This document shows, one piece after another, positions 1 through 10,173 of a stretch of 64,000 nt of DNA (positions within the stretch are counted from its first letter, which is position 1; the number at the start of each line of letters is the position of its first letter). This stretch comes from an uncultured delta proteobacterium (GTDB lineage Bacteria > Myxococcota_A > Polyangia > Fen-1088). Location of the stretch: positions 416,001 through 480,000 of the forward strand of contig CAWCMR010000008.1 in the NCBI GenBank assembly GCA_963796685.1. The letters run 5' to 3'. The notes under the pieces are model-generated. The model made no database searches. It was not told the DNA's origin and saw only the letters and a program-made list of their open reading frames with translations. The position numbers were made by a program, and so were the translations under genes.

Positions 1-1133
1 CTCCGTTTGCATCGCACAAAAGGGGCACGCCATCGGCTCTACAACTGGGCGTCCCAGGCGTGCAGCTGCCGGTGCACCCCTCCTTTCGCCAGCACGCAGG
101 CATAGGTGCATGGCTCCGGGGCCGGCATGTTGCATGTACCCGAACTGCAGGTCCCCGCGGCCTGATAGGCACCGGACGAGGAACAGGATATTGTTCCGCA
201 GCTTGTTGTTGCGGGAGGGTATGTGCAGCTCGGACTAGTGCCATTGCAGTAGCCCACGCACACGTCGGTGCCGGAGCAGGCCGGGTGATTCAGGTGAGGG
301 GAAGCGCCGTTGCCCAAGGGGGTGCAAGTCCCCTGCTTACCACTGACGTCGCACGCATGGCAGGATCCAGTGCAGGCATTATCACAGCAGTAGCCATCGG
401 CACAGGTTCCGTTCGCACAATCAGTCCCGGCCGTGCAGGGCTGGCCCTGGGCGGCCTTACACGCGCCCGTGGGGTCGCAGGTTCCCGTGCAGTGGAGGGA
501 TGGATCGGATTGGTTTCTTACCGGGGCACAGGCATGGTTGGCACCACAAGTCATGCACGACGTCTTGCAGTCGGTGGCCACGCAGCACGAGGTGGAAGGA
601 TCGATACAGTCGCCGTTGCAGAGGACCTTCGGGGCGGTGCAGGTCACGTTGCCGTCAGGCACGACTTGGGGAGCATCGGTCGGAGCATCGCCTTCGCCCG
701 CGCCGCCCACGTCAGTCTGCACACCGCCAGCCCCACCTCCGCCACCACCGCTGCCGGCAATCGAGCTGTCGAAGAATTCCGTTCCACCGTCCTTGCTTCC
801 CCCGGTGCCACCGGCTCCGCTGCTGTCGATCGCACTGCCCGTCCCCAAGTCCAACCTCCCGTCGACACCACTCATGTCCGAGGTCCCCGCCTCGGAAACA
901 GTGCCCGGAGTGGTGTCTGGCTTACCATCAATGACGCTGGCATCCATGCTGGTGCCGACCGAGACGCACTTGGGGGCGACGCACACGTAGCCGGACGGGC
1001 AGTCGTCGAGCTGCATGCACACGATGTTGCTCACGTCGACCTTGGTCTTGGAAAAGCACCCGGCGAAAAACACGCTCAGCGAAAGCCGCAGAAAAACCGA
1101 CGAACCAGCTCGCACCTTATTGCGCTTTGCCAT
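1..1133 (-). CDS. Cys-rich secreted lipoprotein-like protein with Gly/Ser linker; apparent +1 frameshift near 77-80; likely continues past window start
   Basis: Signal peptide ending FFAGC, Gly-rich linker, Cys repeats (CADGYCCDNACTGSCHAC). Removing one G from GGAGGGGTGC restores a Cys-rich frame (GGCTGSCTPGTPSCRADGVPLLCDANG) open to position 1. Confidence 0.7.
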
Positions 1134-1954
1134 TAGAATTCCCCTCGCAGAAGACAACCGGCTCCGCTCGCGTCAAGGACCGGCAATAGTGACACAGTCG
1201 CTTGGGCACTGTCGTTGGAGCGCCGGCCGAACAACCACATCGCTCCTCCCGCCAAGACGGCGGCGGCACCGGCGCCATAGCCCACCCAAGACCAGGTTTC
1301 ATAGGTGCCGATGTCGGACTCTCTGCCCCGGCTGAACTTCTGGGTGTTCTGTTCGTTGACGAGGCTTTCGTGCTTGATGTTGAGCACGATTCCCGTCACC
1401 AGTGCCGCAACCCCGACCCCTGCGGTCACCATGCCTGCTACACGTAGCCCGGCGCCCGACGACGCTGCGGCCGATGTCGGGGTCGCAACGGTTTGCGCGG
1501 GCCCCTGCGGCACAGGGTAGACCAGTTGAGGAAGCGGATGGAGCGTGGGCACGACAGCAGGCGCGACGGCTGGCTTGGGCATCAAGCTCTCGCAGTCCGC
1601 AATGTGCTTCTCAACACCCGTACGGTCTTCGTCCGGCAGGTTCTCTGCCTTGCGTAGGAACTCGCGGAAGCGCTCGACGGCCTGTTCGTAGCGGCTGTTC
1701 TGCTCGTAGCAGCGACCCTGATTGTAGACGTAGTTGGGATCGTTGCTGTCCACGTACAGGTCGGCCAGGATGTCGATGCCCTTCTTGTAGTCGCCAGTTG
1801 CACAGGCCTTTTTGGCTGCCTTCTCCTGCGTTTGTCGGTTGAGAGCGGCCTCCTGGCCCAGATGGCTCGATGCCTTGCCCGCAGCCCACGCGCTGGAGCC
1901 GCTGAACGATGTGACCAGGGTTAGCACTAAAAAGGTACGCATGGAGGTACGCAT
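1133..1954 (-). CDS. Secreted tetratricopeptide-repeat protein with C-terminal hydrophobic hairpin (myxobacterial type)
   Basis: Signal peptide; TPR-like YNQGRCYEQ..YEQAVERFREFL; two hydrophobic C-terminal segments; abuts the downstream Cys-rich gene. Confidence 0.75.
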   Translation of the reverse strand: MRTSMRTFLVLTLVTSFSGSSAWAAGKASSHLGQEAALNRQTQEKAAKKACATGDYKKGIDILADLYVDSNDPNYVYNQGRCYEQNSRYEQAVERFREFLRKAENLPDEDRTGVEKHIADCESLMPKPAVAPAVVPTLHPLPQLVYPVPQGPAQTVATPTSAAASSGAGLRVAGMVTAGVGVAALVTGIVLNIKHESLVNEQNTQKFSRGRESDIGTYETWSWVGYGAGAAAVLAGGAMWLFGRRSNDSAQATVSLLPVLDASGAGCLLRGEF

Positions 1955-2120
1955 AGGTTGTTTCCACCTTGCCGGGAAAATCAGTCCGGATGCCCGATAT
2001 GATGCATGGTACCCATCGTATCTTCAACCAGTTTATGCGCGCCGCGGTGACCGTGCTTTCCGGCTGCGCCGGCCTGCGAAAAGCGAGAGTGGCGAGGCCG
2101 GATTCAGGGCCGAACGGACA

Positions 2121-2158
2121 CGCCGTGTCTGGTGGTTTCTCGAGACCCAAGCACGGCG
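2121..2158 (-). terminator. Stem-loop downstream of the esterase gene (possible terminator)
   Basis: CGCCGTG...CACGGCG imperfect inverted repeat in intergenic DNA; no clear U-tract. Confidence 0.35.
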
Positions 2159-2196
2159 TTCTCGCCGAGTGCGCCCATTCCGCATTCAGCTTGCCG

Positions 2197-3762
2197 CTAG
2201 CGTCGCCGACGCAGGAGGAGCGCGGTCAGGCCGAGCAACAAGGCCGTGAACGAGACGGAGTTCAATCGCCGTGAAGGGCCGCCAAGCACACAGCCGCATC
2301 CGGTCGACCCGCCTCCACCGCCGGTGCTCGAGCCACCACTGCCGGCGTTCCCTCCGCTTCCGCCCGATCTCGACGAGCCGCCCGAGCCACTGCCGGCGCT
2401 GCCGCCCTTGGCCGAGCTGCCGCCGCTGCCAACCACGCCGCCACTTCCTGACGCGCCACCGGTCCCGCCTCCGCCTTTGCCCTGAACGCCACCACTGCCG
2501 TTCGCATCGCCGGCGCCGCTCCCGCCACCACTGCTATTCGCACCACCACTGCTATTCGCGCCACCACTGCCGTTCGCGCCGCCGGTACCGCCCCCGCCGT
2601 CGCTGCCGACGCTTCCGCCACTTGCGACTGCCCCGCCACTTCCGGTTCCACCAGCGCCGCTGCCGGCATCCTTGTTGCCGGCCGCACCGCCGATTGGACC
2701 GCCATCCTTGTTGCCTCCCACCCCTCCCGAGCCTGCGCTGCCGCCCGTACCACTTGCGCCACCGGTCCCACCAATGGGCGCGCCAGCGTCGCCACATGCA
2801 TTCACGCCAGGATCGATATCGCTGCTCTTGTCCAGGCCGAAGAAGCTGATCACTGAGCTCGCGTCAATCGGCGTGGTATGCCCGCCACCTTGTTGCTCAT
2901 GCGCTTCAAGAACCGTGAACCCGCATGAATTCTGCCACTTCAAGATAGTGAACCCGGATACTGAGGTCTTATCCGTCGAGCTCGGCGTTGCGCTCAAGCC
3001 GAGGAGGTCGGTCCATTGCTTGATGGCTTCCGTCTCGTTGTTGTAGTTGATGGTGGCGTCCGCAGTCCCGTGCCAGAGCTGCATGCGGGGGTAAGACCCC
3101 GTATAGCCAGAATACATCTTACGAGCGAGATCCCCCCATGCTTGGGCGGTCATCGTATCCTGGCCATTGGCGCACGTGCCCCCCCAATTGCTCGCGGCGG
3201 ACCACCCATCAGACCAACATCCAGCAGGAACACCTGAGAATTCGGCACCCGCCTTAAAAACATCGGGGTAGACCGCACACATGGCTTCGGTCAGCATCGC
3301 TCCGGAGGAGGCCCCCATGATATACACGCGGTTTGCGTTCGCATTGCGTTTGCTAACCTCGTACTTAACCATTTGGGCAATGGCTTGAGTGTCACCCCCT
3401 CCATCGTGTGTAAGGGACTTGGCCGACCCGACATCCCAACAGGCCGAGGAAGAAGCGGGGTTCGTCGTTTGTGGAAAGATCATGATGAAGCCATACTTGT
3501 CGGCCGCCGCCTCGACGGCAGGCATGCCAGTAAAACCGAAGAAGGCAGAGGCACTTCCACCGCAATAGTGAGCGGCCACCACGATAGGCGGTGATGCGGC
3601 CAGAGTTGCCGGCACGTACTCGTACATCGAGATGTACGAGGGCACGCCACTAGCCCCCCAGTTACTGACCTGCTGTAGTGACGCGGCTTGCGCCGGCGTG
3701 ACGACAAGCAAACCAAGCGCAGAGGTCAACATTGCACAAACACTGCTTGGACTTCGATTCAT
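2197..3762 (-). CDS. PHB-depolymerase-family (CE1-like acetylxylan/feruloyl) esterase with Gly/Ser linker and MYXO-CTERM anchor
   Basis: Signal peptide; HYCGGS oxyanion region; GASSG nucleophile; WHGTAD and GGGH catalytic motifs; C-terminal GCGC..hydrophobic..RRRR. Confidence 0.88.
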   Translation of the reverse strand: MNRSPSSVCAMLTSALGLLVVTPAQAASLQQVSNWGASGVPSYISMYEYVPATLAASPPIVVAAHYCGGSASAFFGFTGMPAVEAAADKYGFIMIFPQTTNPASSSACWDVGSAKSLTHDGGGDTQAIAQMVKYEVSKRNANANRVYIMGASSGAMLTEAMCAVYPDVFKAGAEFSGVPAGCWSDGWSAASNWGGTCANGQDTMTAQAWGDLARKMYSGYTGSYPRMQLWHGTADATINYNNETEAIKQWTDLLGLSATPSSTDKTSVSGFTILKWQNSCGFTVLEAHEQQGGGHTTPIDASSVISFFGLDKSSDIDPGVNACGDAGAPIGGTGGASGTGGSAGSGGVGGNKDGGPIGGAAGNKDAGSGAGGTGSGGAVASGGSVGSDGGGGTGGANGSGGANSSGGANSSGGGSGAGDANGSGGVQGKGGGGTGGASGSGGVVGSGGSSAKGGSAGSGSGGSSRSGGSGGNAGSGGSSTGGGGGSTGCGCVLGGPSRRLNSVSFTALLLGLTALLLRRRR

Positions 3763-3795
3763 GATTGGAAGACCTCCGCTCGATTCGATTGTGAG

Positions 3796-5241
3796 CTATT
3801 GCGCCGACAGTGTCAGCGTTCCGGCGTCCAGGGAGACCTCGTAGTAGCCGTGGTCGTCCCATTGCAGGACCGTGCTGCCCTGCTTAAGGGTTCCGCCATT
3901 GGTCGTCACACGCAGGTACTTGCCCGTCGGGAAGGGTGTGGCGAAGTCGGAGGTCTTCCATGTCCAGGTGGTGTCGGTGCCTGATTTCGTTGCCGTGAGA
4001 GCTGAGAATTTGTACCCGCCAATCCAATACGCGGAGATGCTACCAACCGTATCGATCCAGATGTTCCCCTGGGTCTTGGCCCAGCTTACGGCGCCGGTGA
4101 ACTGAGCGATGTCAACAGGTTGATAGGCACCGTCATTCCCGCCGGTAAATCCGTGGACCAAGAATATGTTCCATTTTCCGCCGCTTATTCCCGAGCTGAT
4201 GGAGCTCGTCATGGCGCTCGTCTGGGCACCGGTATTCGGAATGATGCATGGAAGTGAGTACTGCTTGGAGCTGGGGTTGTCCGTCATGGAAATTCCGCCG
4301 CTGTTTCCAGCCGTGCGATTGGTCGTGAGTATCTTCATTGGCGGGACCGCAGTTTGATACGAGGCATCGCCGTTCGGCGCGGCGAACGAGAACGCCGTCA
4401 CGCCAAACTTGCTCTTGATCGTATCTTCCGCAGTCTGGATGTCGGACGCGTTCGCATTCGATTGATGGCTGTTGGTGTGGTTGCCCAGCTCGTGTCCGTC
4501 CTTCACGGCCTGCGGCCAAACACTGCTGCCCATCTCGGTGCTCTTGTTGGTCCACAGGTAGAAGGTGTAGTGAACTTTCTCAGCCTCCAGCTCACTGTAA
4601 TGCGAGATCTGTGAGGAATTGGTGTCGTCGAACGTGAAGGACAGGGCGCTCTTGAATCCGGCCCAAGGAAGCACGGTGACCGTCGTCCCGGCTCCCGTGG
4701 GAGCGGCCTGGCCGCTCGCACCCGCGGCTGGATAGCCGGAGGCACTAACAGTCACACTCGTTCCACCGCCCGCGCCACTCGACCCGCCCGTGCCATTCGA
4801 TCCACCGGAGCCTTTCGCATCCGACATACCCCCGTCGGCGCCTCCCTTGGCCGTGTTTCCGCCCGTGGCCATCACACCGCCGCTTCCAGAAGCACCGCCG
4901 CTTGCACCGCCCGCCCCCGAGCCGCCCGCGGCCGATGTTCCCCCCGAACCCGTGGTGCCACCGCTGGCCGTGCCACCCGTCCCGTTCTTGCCGCCCGTGC
5001 TGCTGGCTCCTCCCGATCCACTGCCGCCCGAGCTTGAGCTGCCGCCCGAGCCGGAAGCTCCGCCCTTGCTGGATGTCCCACCCGTGTTGGTCACGCCACC
5101 CGAGCCAGATGTGCCGCCAGCGTGCGACTGACCGCCGCTGCCTGAGCCGCCAGTCTGTTCAGGCTGGGAAGTGCCACCGTTCGAACAACCGGTCAGGGCC
5201 AGCACCGTGGTGAGAAATAGCGAGGAGAGCTTCATCTTCAT
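3796..5241 (-). CDS. Polysaccharide deacetylase (CE4/NodB-type) lipoprotein
   Basis: Lipobox LTGC; long Gly/Ser linker; SFTFDD and HELGNHTNSH motifs. Confidence 0.88.
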   Translation of the reverse strand: MKMKLSSLFLTTVLALTGCSNGGTSQPEQTGGSGSGGQSHAGGTSGSGGVTNTGGTSSKGGASGSGGSSSSGGSGSGGASSTGGKNGTGGTASGGTTGSGGTSAAGGSGAGGASGGASGSGGVMATGGNTAKGGADGGMSDAKGSGGSNGTGGSSGAGGGTSVTVSASGYPAAGASGQAAPTGAGTTVTVLPWAGFKSALSFTFDDTNSSQISHYSELEAEKVHYTFYLWTNKSTEMGSSVWPQAVKDGHELGNHTNSHQSNANASDIQTAEDTIKSKFGVTAFSFAAPNGDASYQTAVPPMKILTTNRTAGNSGGISMTDNPSSKQYSLPCIIPNTGAQTSAMTSSISSGISGGKWNIFLVHGFTGGNDGAYQPVDIAQFTGAVSWAKTQGNIWIDTVGSISAYWIGGYKFSALTATKSGTDTTWTWKTSDFATPFPTGKYLRVTTNGGTLKQGSTVLQWDDHGYYEVSLDAGTLTLSAQ

Positions 5242-5296
5242 CGGATCAACTCCTTGGCAGCTCGAACAGCCGTTCTTATAGATTGCCTAGAGGGAC

Positions 5297-5325
5297 AGTG
5301 TCCTTCTAAGGCCAGAACCGGCTCA
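5297..5325 (-). promoter_or_regulatory. Putative ECF promoter TGAGCCG-N15-GGACACT upstream of the CE4-CE1 genes
   Basis: Minus strand TGAGCCG GTTCTGGCCTTAGAA GGACACT, 56 bp before the ATG; one of 5 copies with identical spacing. Confidence 0.75.
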
Positions 5326-5466
5326 CGCCGGATTGCGCCTAAAACGAGAATTTACGTACTCTTCCAAATCGAGTCGCGAATATCTTCGCATCCCTGGACG
5401 CGAACTCTCATTTCTGACCCAAGGGCGCTTGTTGTGCTTGGCAGTTGGGGATAACCTCGGGCGCGT

Positions 5467-6384
5467 ATGCCCCGAAGACGACGCATCGACTGGTCCGTGA
5501 TCCTGCACAAGGACGATCCCATCCCGGTCTGGGGAGGAAACGAGGCACCGTCGGATACGATCGATCTGCTGCTGGCATGCGGCGACCTCTTGACCCTGAA
5601 CGATCGAGATGCCTTGCTCAAGCGGTCGGTCGAGATCGTGCTGCACACGGTGGGATTGGTCCGGGCCGGTGCCTACCTGCTCGACGAGGAGCTCGATTTG
5701 ATGCTGGGCTCGTGGGGCACCGATATGCGCAGAAAGGTCGTGGACGAGCACCACGCCATGTTCAAGCTCGGCGAGCCAGGCCGTCGCGTGTTCAACCGCG
5801 CGCTATCGGGTGAAGCCCATTGGACCATCGTGGAGAATGTCCCGATCATCATCAACGATGTGAATGAAACGAAGATCATCGGTCATGGGTGGGCCGTGTG
5901 TACCCCCATCCGCTCGGCCCGCACCCCCATCGGCATGCTGTACAACGATGCGGCGCTGACCGGCGAACCGGTGGATCCCCGAAAACAGGAGCGCGGCGCC
6001 ATCGTGTGCACCTTGCTCGGGCTTCGTCTCGAAGCGTTGCGGGGCTCTGCCAAAGCCACCTTCGGTCCCTCGGGGAGACACCCCGCGGTCGCCACGGCAC
6101 TGCGCATGCTCACGAGCGACCCGACCCTGGGTGGCAATGTGATTGCCAAGAAGCTCGGCGTCAGCCTCAGCCGCTTTGCCCGGGTGTTCAAGTCGGACAT
6201 GGGGATCTCCCTGGTGGACTACCGCAATCAGCTGCGTCTCGACCGCTTTCTCGGCCTCGTCGACAAGGGTGGCTCGAACCTGCTCGAAGCCGCGCTGGCC
6301 GCCGGCTTCGGCAGCTATTCCCAGTTCCACCGCGTGTTCCGCGCGCTGCGCGGCACAACCCCGCGGACGTACTTTTCGGGCTAG
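5467..6384 (+). CDS. AraC-family transcriptional regulator with GAF-like N-terminal domain
   Basis: C-terminal AraC HTH (AGFGSYSQFHRVFR..GTTPRTY); N-terminal region resembles GAF (CTPIRS..PIGMLY). Confidence 0.85.
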   Translation: MPRRRRIDWSVILHKDDPIPVWGGNEAPSDTIDLLLACGDLLTLNDRDALLKRSVEIVLHTVGLVRAGAYLLDEELDLMLGSWGTDMRRKVVDEHHAMFKLGEPGRRVFNRALSGEAHWTIVENVPIIINDVNETKIIGHGWAVCTPIRSARTPIGMLYNDAALTGEPVDPRKQERGAIVCTLLGLRLEALRGSAKATFGPSGRHPAVATALRMLTSDPTLGGNVIAKKLGVSLSRFARVFKSDMGISLVDYRNQLRLDRFLGLVDKGGSNLLEAALAAGFGSYSQFHRVFRALRGTTPRTYFSG

Positions 6385-6453
6385 CCACCCGGACAACTTG
6401 GGCCAGGAGCATCCGCCAGGGACCTTCGCCAGGCTTGCTGAGTTGACCCTGGC

Positions 6454-8061
6454 ATGGTACGGCAGGCACACATGGAAATTCGTTTGGAGCAGATCGACCC
6501 CGATGCCTTGCGGGTCGTGCAGCGCTTGCTTCGCTACCAACACAAGGCTTACCTGGTCGGCGGCTGCGTGCGGGACCTTCTCCTCGGTCGCAAACCCAAG
6601 GATTTCGACGTTGCCACGTCGGCGACCCCGAATGAGATTCGACGCTGTTTCCGCAACTGCCGCATCATCGGCCGGCGGTTCAGGCTGGCCCACGTCTTTT
6701 TCGGCCGCAAGATCATCGAAACCGCGACGTTTCGCGCCAATCCGCGGGCCGTGGAAGACGAGCCCAACGAGGTGCCTGCCGAAGACAAGGCCGAAGACAG
6801 AAGCGAAGACAGGAGCGAAGACAGGGCTGAGGCTGAAGGCCGGCCGGAGGACAGGCCTGAAGACAAGCCCGATCGCAAGCCTGATGACAAGCCGAACGAC
6901 CTGCTCATACGCCACGACAACGTCTTTGGCACGGAAGAGGAGGACGCCCGTCGGCGCGATTTCACCATCAACGGGCTGTTCTTCGACGTACAGAGCGCCC
7001 AGGTCATCGACCATGTGGCCGGCCTGCCGGATCTCGAGGGCCGCCTGGTGCGCACCATCGGCGATCCCGATATTCGATTTCGCGAAGATCCCGTGCGCAT
7101 CCTGCGCGCGGTGAAGTTCGCCGCACGCTGCGACCTGACCATCGAAGCCGAGACCTACCGCCGCATGATGGAGCACAAGGCCGAGCTGGCCAAGTGCGCG
7201 CAGGCCCGGGTAACCGAGGAATTCTATCGCCTCCTGCGCGCAGGCGCCGCCCGACGATCGTTCGAGCTGCTGTTCGAAACCGGCTTGCTCGAATTCCTGC
7301 TGCCCGAGATGGCGCAGGCTTGGAAGGCCGGCGACGACGATCCCGAGATCAAGCAGCGCATCGAGCGCTTCTGGGCCTATCTGCGTGCCCTCGACGAATC
7401 GATCGCCACGCACGACCAGCCTCCGTCCGATGCCATGATCCTCGCCACCCTGCTTCTGCCACCCCTGCGCGACGCACTCTCCCCCGACGCCGCGCAGATG
7501 CCGAACATGGCGAAGATCGTGTCCGACTCCGTGCAACCGGTCCTCGATCGCCTGAAGGCCTCGCGCCGCGACTCCGAGCTGTGTCGGCAAATTCTGCTGA
7601 CCCTGCGCTACCTTCTTCCCTCGAACCGTCCCGCGCGTCAGCGCGCTCGGCTCGCCAACCGGCCTTTCTACCAGGATGCCGCGTGGCTTGCCGCCATCGT
7701 CGCCCGCGCGGAAGGACTGGAACCTGCCTCTGCCCTCGATGCAGCGGCGAGCGAGGCGCCGGCAGACGGACCCGCCCCCGAGGAAGAGCTTCCGCCCGAG
7801 CTGCTGGTGGACGTGGACAGCGCATCCGGTCGCGGCCGGCGCGACAGACAGCGAGGGCGTCGGACCGAGACGCCTCCGGCGACGGGAATACCATCCCCCG
7901 TGCGCGAGACGCGCGTCGAAATCGCGGCGTCCTGGCAGGCCGGCCCTCGCGTACGCACGCCCATTCCCAACTTGGAAGACCTGGGTTTCCTGCCCTTGCC
8001 GGGACCGGCCTTTCTCGGCCGAGGCAATTTCGGCAGCCGTTGGGCCGCCCGCTCGGATTAG
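6454..8061 (+). CDS. pcnB: Poly(A) polymerase I
   Basis: YLVGGCVRD..PKDFD; PAP-specific IIGRRFRLAHV signature; RRDFTIN; EDPVRILR. Confidence 0.92.
   Translation: MVRQAHMEIRLEQIDPDALRVVQRLLRYQHKAYLVGGCVRDLLLGRKPKDFDVATSATPNEIRRCFRNCRIIGRRFRLAHVFFGRKIIETATFRANPRAVEDEPNEVPAEDKAEDRSEDRSEDRAEAEGRPEDRPEDKPDRKPDDKPNDLLIRHDNVFGTEEEDARRRDFTINGLFFDVQSAQVIDHVAGLPDLEGRLVRTIGDPDIRFREDPVRILRAVKFAARCDLTIEAETYRRMMEHKAELAKCAQARVTEEFYRLLRAGAARRSFELLFETGLLEFLLPEMAQAWKAGDDDPEIKQRIERFWAYLRALDESIATHDQPPSDAMILATLLLPPLRDALSPDAAQMPNMAKIVSDSVQPVLDRLKASRRDSELCRQILLTLRYLLPSNRPARQRARLANRPFYQDAAWLAAIVARAEGLEPASALDAAASEAPADGPAPEEELPPELLVDVDSASGRGRRDRQRGRRTETPPATGIPSPVRETRVEIAASWQAGPRVRTPIPNLEDLGFLPLPGPAFLGRGNFGSRWAARSD
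6781..6894 (+). repeat. Imperfect 12-bp in-frame tandem repeat inside pcnB (EDKA/EDRS/EDKP units)
   Basis: gaagacaaggcc gaagacagaagc gaagacaggagc gaagacagggct ... gaagacaagccc gatcgcaagcct gatgacaagccg. Confidence 0.8.
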
Positions 8062-8067
8062 CCGAGA

Positions 8068-8748
8068 CTACCGCCGGTAGCGCGTCGGATCTCGCTGACC
8101 CGCCCGTTCGAAGCCCTGGCGCCGCAAGATGCAGGCATCGCACGCCCCACACGCCTCTCCCTCGCCCGACGGGTCGTAGCACGAAAGCGTGAGCGCGTAG
8201 TCCACGCCAAGCGCGGTTCCGGCGCGGATGATGTCCGCTTTGCTCATGGCCAAGAGGGGAGCCACCAGCTTCACCGGCTGTCCGGAGACCCCAACGTGGG
8301 TGCCCAGGCGCGCGACCTCCTGCATGGCGGAAAGCCACTCGGGACGGCAATCGGGATAGCCAGAATAGTCGAGAGCATTGATTCCGAGCGCGATCTCTTC
8401 CGCGCCCATGGTTTCGGCCAAGGCCAGTGCATGGGCCACGAAAAGCGTGTTGCGGGCCGGAACGTAGGTCACCGGAATCCCCTGTCCGATGGCTTCTTGG
8501 CTGCGTCCCTTGGGCACTTCACCCCGCCCCGTCAGCGCCGAGCCGGCCAGGCACTGGACATCGATGGCACAAATGCGGTGCGAGGCGGCTCCCAGTTTGC
8601 CGGCGATGCTCGCGGCTGCCTCCAGCTCGACTGCGTGCCTTTGCCCGTAGCGAAAGCTGAGGGCGTGACATTGCCTGCCCTGCGCCAGGCACATGGCGAG
8701 CACGGTCGCCGAATCGAGCCCGCCGGAAAGCAACACGATGGTCTGCAT
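8068..8748 (-). CDS. queC: 7-cyano-7-deazaguanine synthase
   Basis: LLSGGLDS PP-loop, YVPARN, DYSGYPDCR, SCY..CGACDAC. Confidence 0.96.
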   Translation of the reverse strand: MQTIVLLSGGLDSATVLAMCLAQGRQCHALSFRYGQRHAVELEAAASIAGKLGAASHRICAIDVQCLAGSALTGRGEVPKGRSQEAIGQGIPVTYVPARNTLFVAHALALAETMGAEEIALGINALDYSGYPDCRPEWLSAMQEVARLGTHVGVSGQPVKLVAPLLAMSKADIIRAGTALGVDYALTLSCYDPSGEGEACGACDACILRRQGFERAGQRDPTRYRR

Positions 8749-8776
8749 GACCCAAGGTTATTGCATACTCGAGCGC

Positions 8777-9619
8777 ATGACGAAGGGCCGCGATCGATTC
8801 TCGCGCAAGGACGCGGAGGCAGGCTGCCGTGAGCCCTTCCTCGACGCCGAGCTTTACGACTACGAGTACCGCCGGCGCCGGGCCGATATCCATTTCTACC
8901 GGCGGCTGGCGCGCAACCGTCTGGAGTTCGCGGCCGGGCCGGTTCTCGATCTGGCTTGCGGCAGCGGCCGCCTGCTGCTGCCCCTAGTGCGCGACGGGCA
9001 CAGCGTGGTGGGCATCGATCGCTCCTCGGAGATGTTGAGCGCGGCGGCGGAACGAATCCGACGCCTGTCCGCGAGCCGCAGGCAACGGTGCACGCTGGTG
9101 CGCGCCGATTTGCGCACGTACCACCTTGTCGCCAAAGCCGGTTTGGCGATCTCCGCCTTCCACAGCGTGCAACACCTCTTGTCCGACGAGGATATCTTGG
9201 CCTTCCTGCGCACCACGCGGGCCAGCCTCGTGCGCGGCGGTTGGCTGGCTTTCGACGTGCTGCCACCGGATCCAGGCTGGCTCGCCCGCGATCCGAGTCG
9301 TCGCTGGGGCCGAACCACCTTCCGCCACCCGCTGACCGGAGAGCGGCTGGTCTACACCGCCAACCACGTCTTCGACCCGACCTCGCGCCTGCTGCACATG
9401 CGACTCTACTACCAACCGGTCGATGACAAGGGACGCCCGTCGAGCCCGGAACGCACCGTCCGCCTTTGCCATCGCCAGCTCTGGCCAGGCGAGATCAGGC
9501 GCCTGTTGGCGGCGTCGGGTTTTCGACCGATCGAAGCCTTCGCGAGCTTCGACGGCACCCTCCTCGTCGACGATTCCCAAGCGGCCGACGAGCACATCTA
9601 CGTGGCCGTGGCGGTGTGA
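8777..9619 (+). CDS. Class I SAM-dependent methyltransferase
   Basis: VLDLACGSGR motif I, VVGIDRS; start placed at ATG 8777 to avoid overlap with queC. Confidence 0.85.
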   Translation: MTKGRDRFSRKDAEAGCREPFLDAELYDYEYRRRRADIHFYRRLARNRLEFAAGPVLDLACGSGRLLLPLVRDGHSVVGIDRSSEMLSAAAERIRRLSASRRQRCTLVRADLRTYHLVAKAGLAISAFHSVQHLLSDEDILAFLRTTRASLVRGGWLAFDVLPPDPGWLARDPSRRWGRTTFRHPLTGERLVYTANHVFDPTSRLLHMRLYYQPVDDKGRPSSPERTVRLCHRQLWPGEIRRLLAASGFRPIEAFASFDGTLLVDDSQAADEHIYVAVAV

Positions 9620-9644
9620 ACCACGAACCTCCGACGGAAACAGC

Positions 9645-9672
9645 TTGACAGCACTGGGGCCGCAGTTACCAT
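9645..9672 (+). promoter_or_regulatory. Sigma70-type promoter
   Basis: TTGACA-16 bp-TACCAT upstream of the 9718 gene, which also has GGAG RBS-like sequence. Confidence 0.55.
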
Positions 9673-9717
9673 GCGAATGATCTCATTTTCGCCACAACTC
9701 AGACGGAGGGCGGAGTA

Positions 9718-10056
9718 ATGGCCGAGAAAGTCAAGAAGCTAGGGATAACTCGCGACAAGGACTTCATGCTGTATGTGAAAGACGGGGATGTTTGGAGGGT
9801 CCGTCGCAAGCAGCCAGGGGTGTCCAAGGGCAAACCCGAAAAGGTGGCCGACGGCGGGTTCGAGATGGACAACAACTACATCTACTTCGTCGACAGGGAT
9901 GGCGACGTGTCGCGCGCCAAGCGGGCCGTGGGCGGACAGAAGCGCAAGAAGGCCACCAAGAAGAAGGTCGCCAGAAAGCCGGCCAAGAAGAAGGCCGCCA
10001 AGAAGCCGGCCAAGAAGAAGGCCGTCAAGAAGCCGGCCAAGAAGAAGCGACGCTAG
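9718..10056 (+). CDS. Small basic protein: duplicated N-terminal module plus histone H1-like Lys/Ala/Pro tail
   Basis: Internal repeat (GITRDKDFMLYVKDGDVWR / GFEMDNNYIYFVDRDGDVSR); KKPAKKKA repeats. Confidence 0.8.
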   Translation: MAEKVKKLGITRDKDFMLYVKDGDVWRVRRKQPGVSKGKPEKVADGGFEMDNNYIYFVDRDGDVSRAKRAVGGQKRKKATKKKVARKPAKKKAAKKPAKKKAVKKPAKKKRR

Positions 10057-10173
10057 TCCGCTGCTGCCGTTCGTGGCCACATCGAGTCCCTGACGTTCCC
10101 GCACCCGGATGGGTGCGGGGATCCAGGGACGAAACTACGAAGGCGGCAGACCGCGATTGGAGCGACAGGGGCC

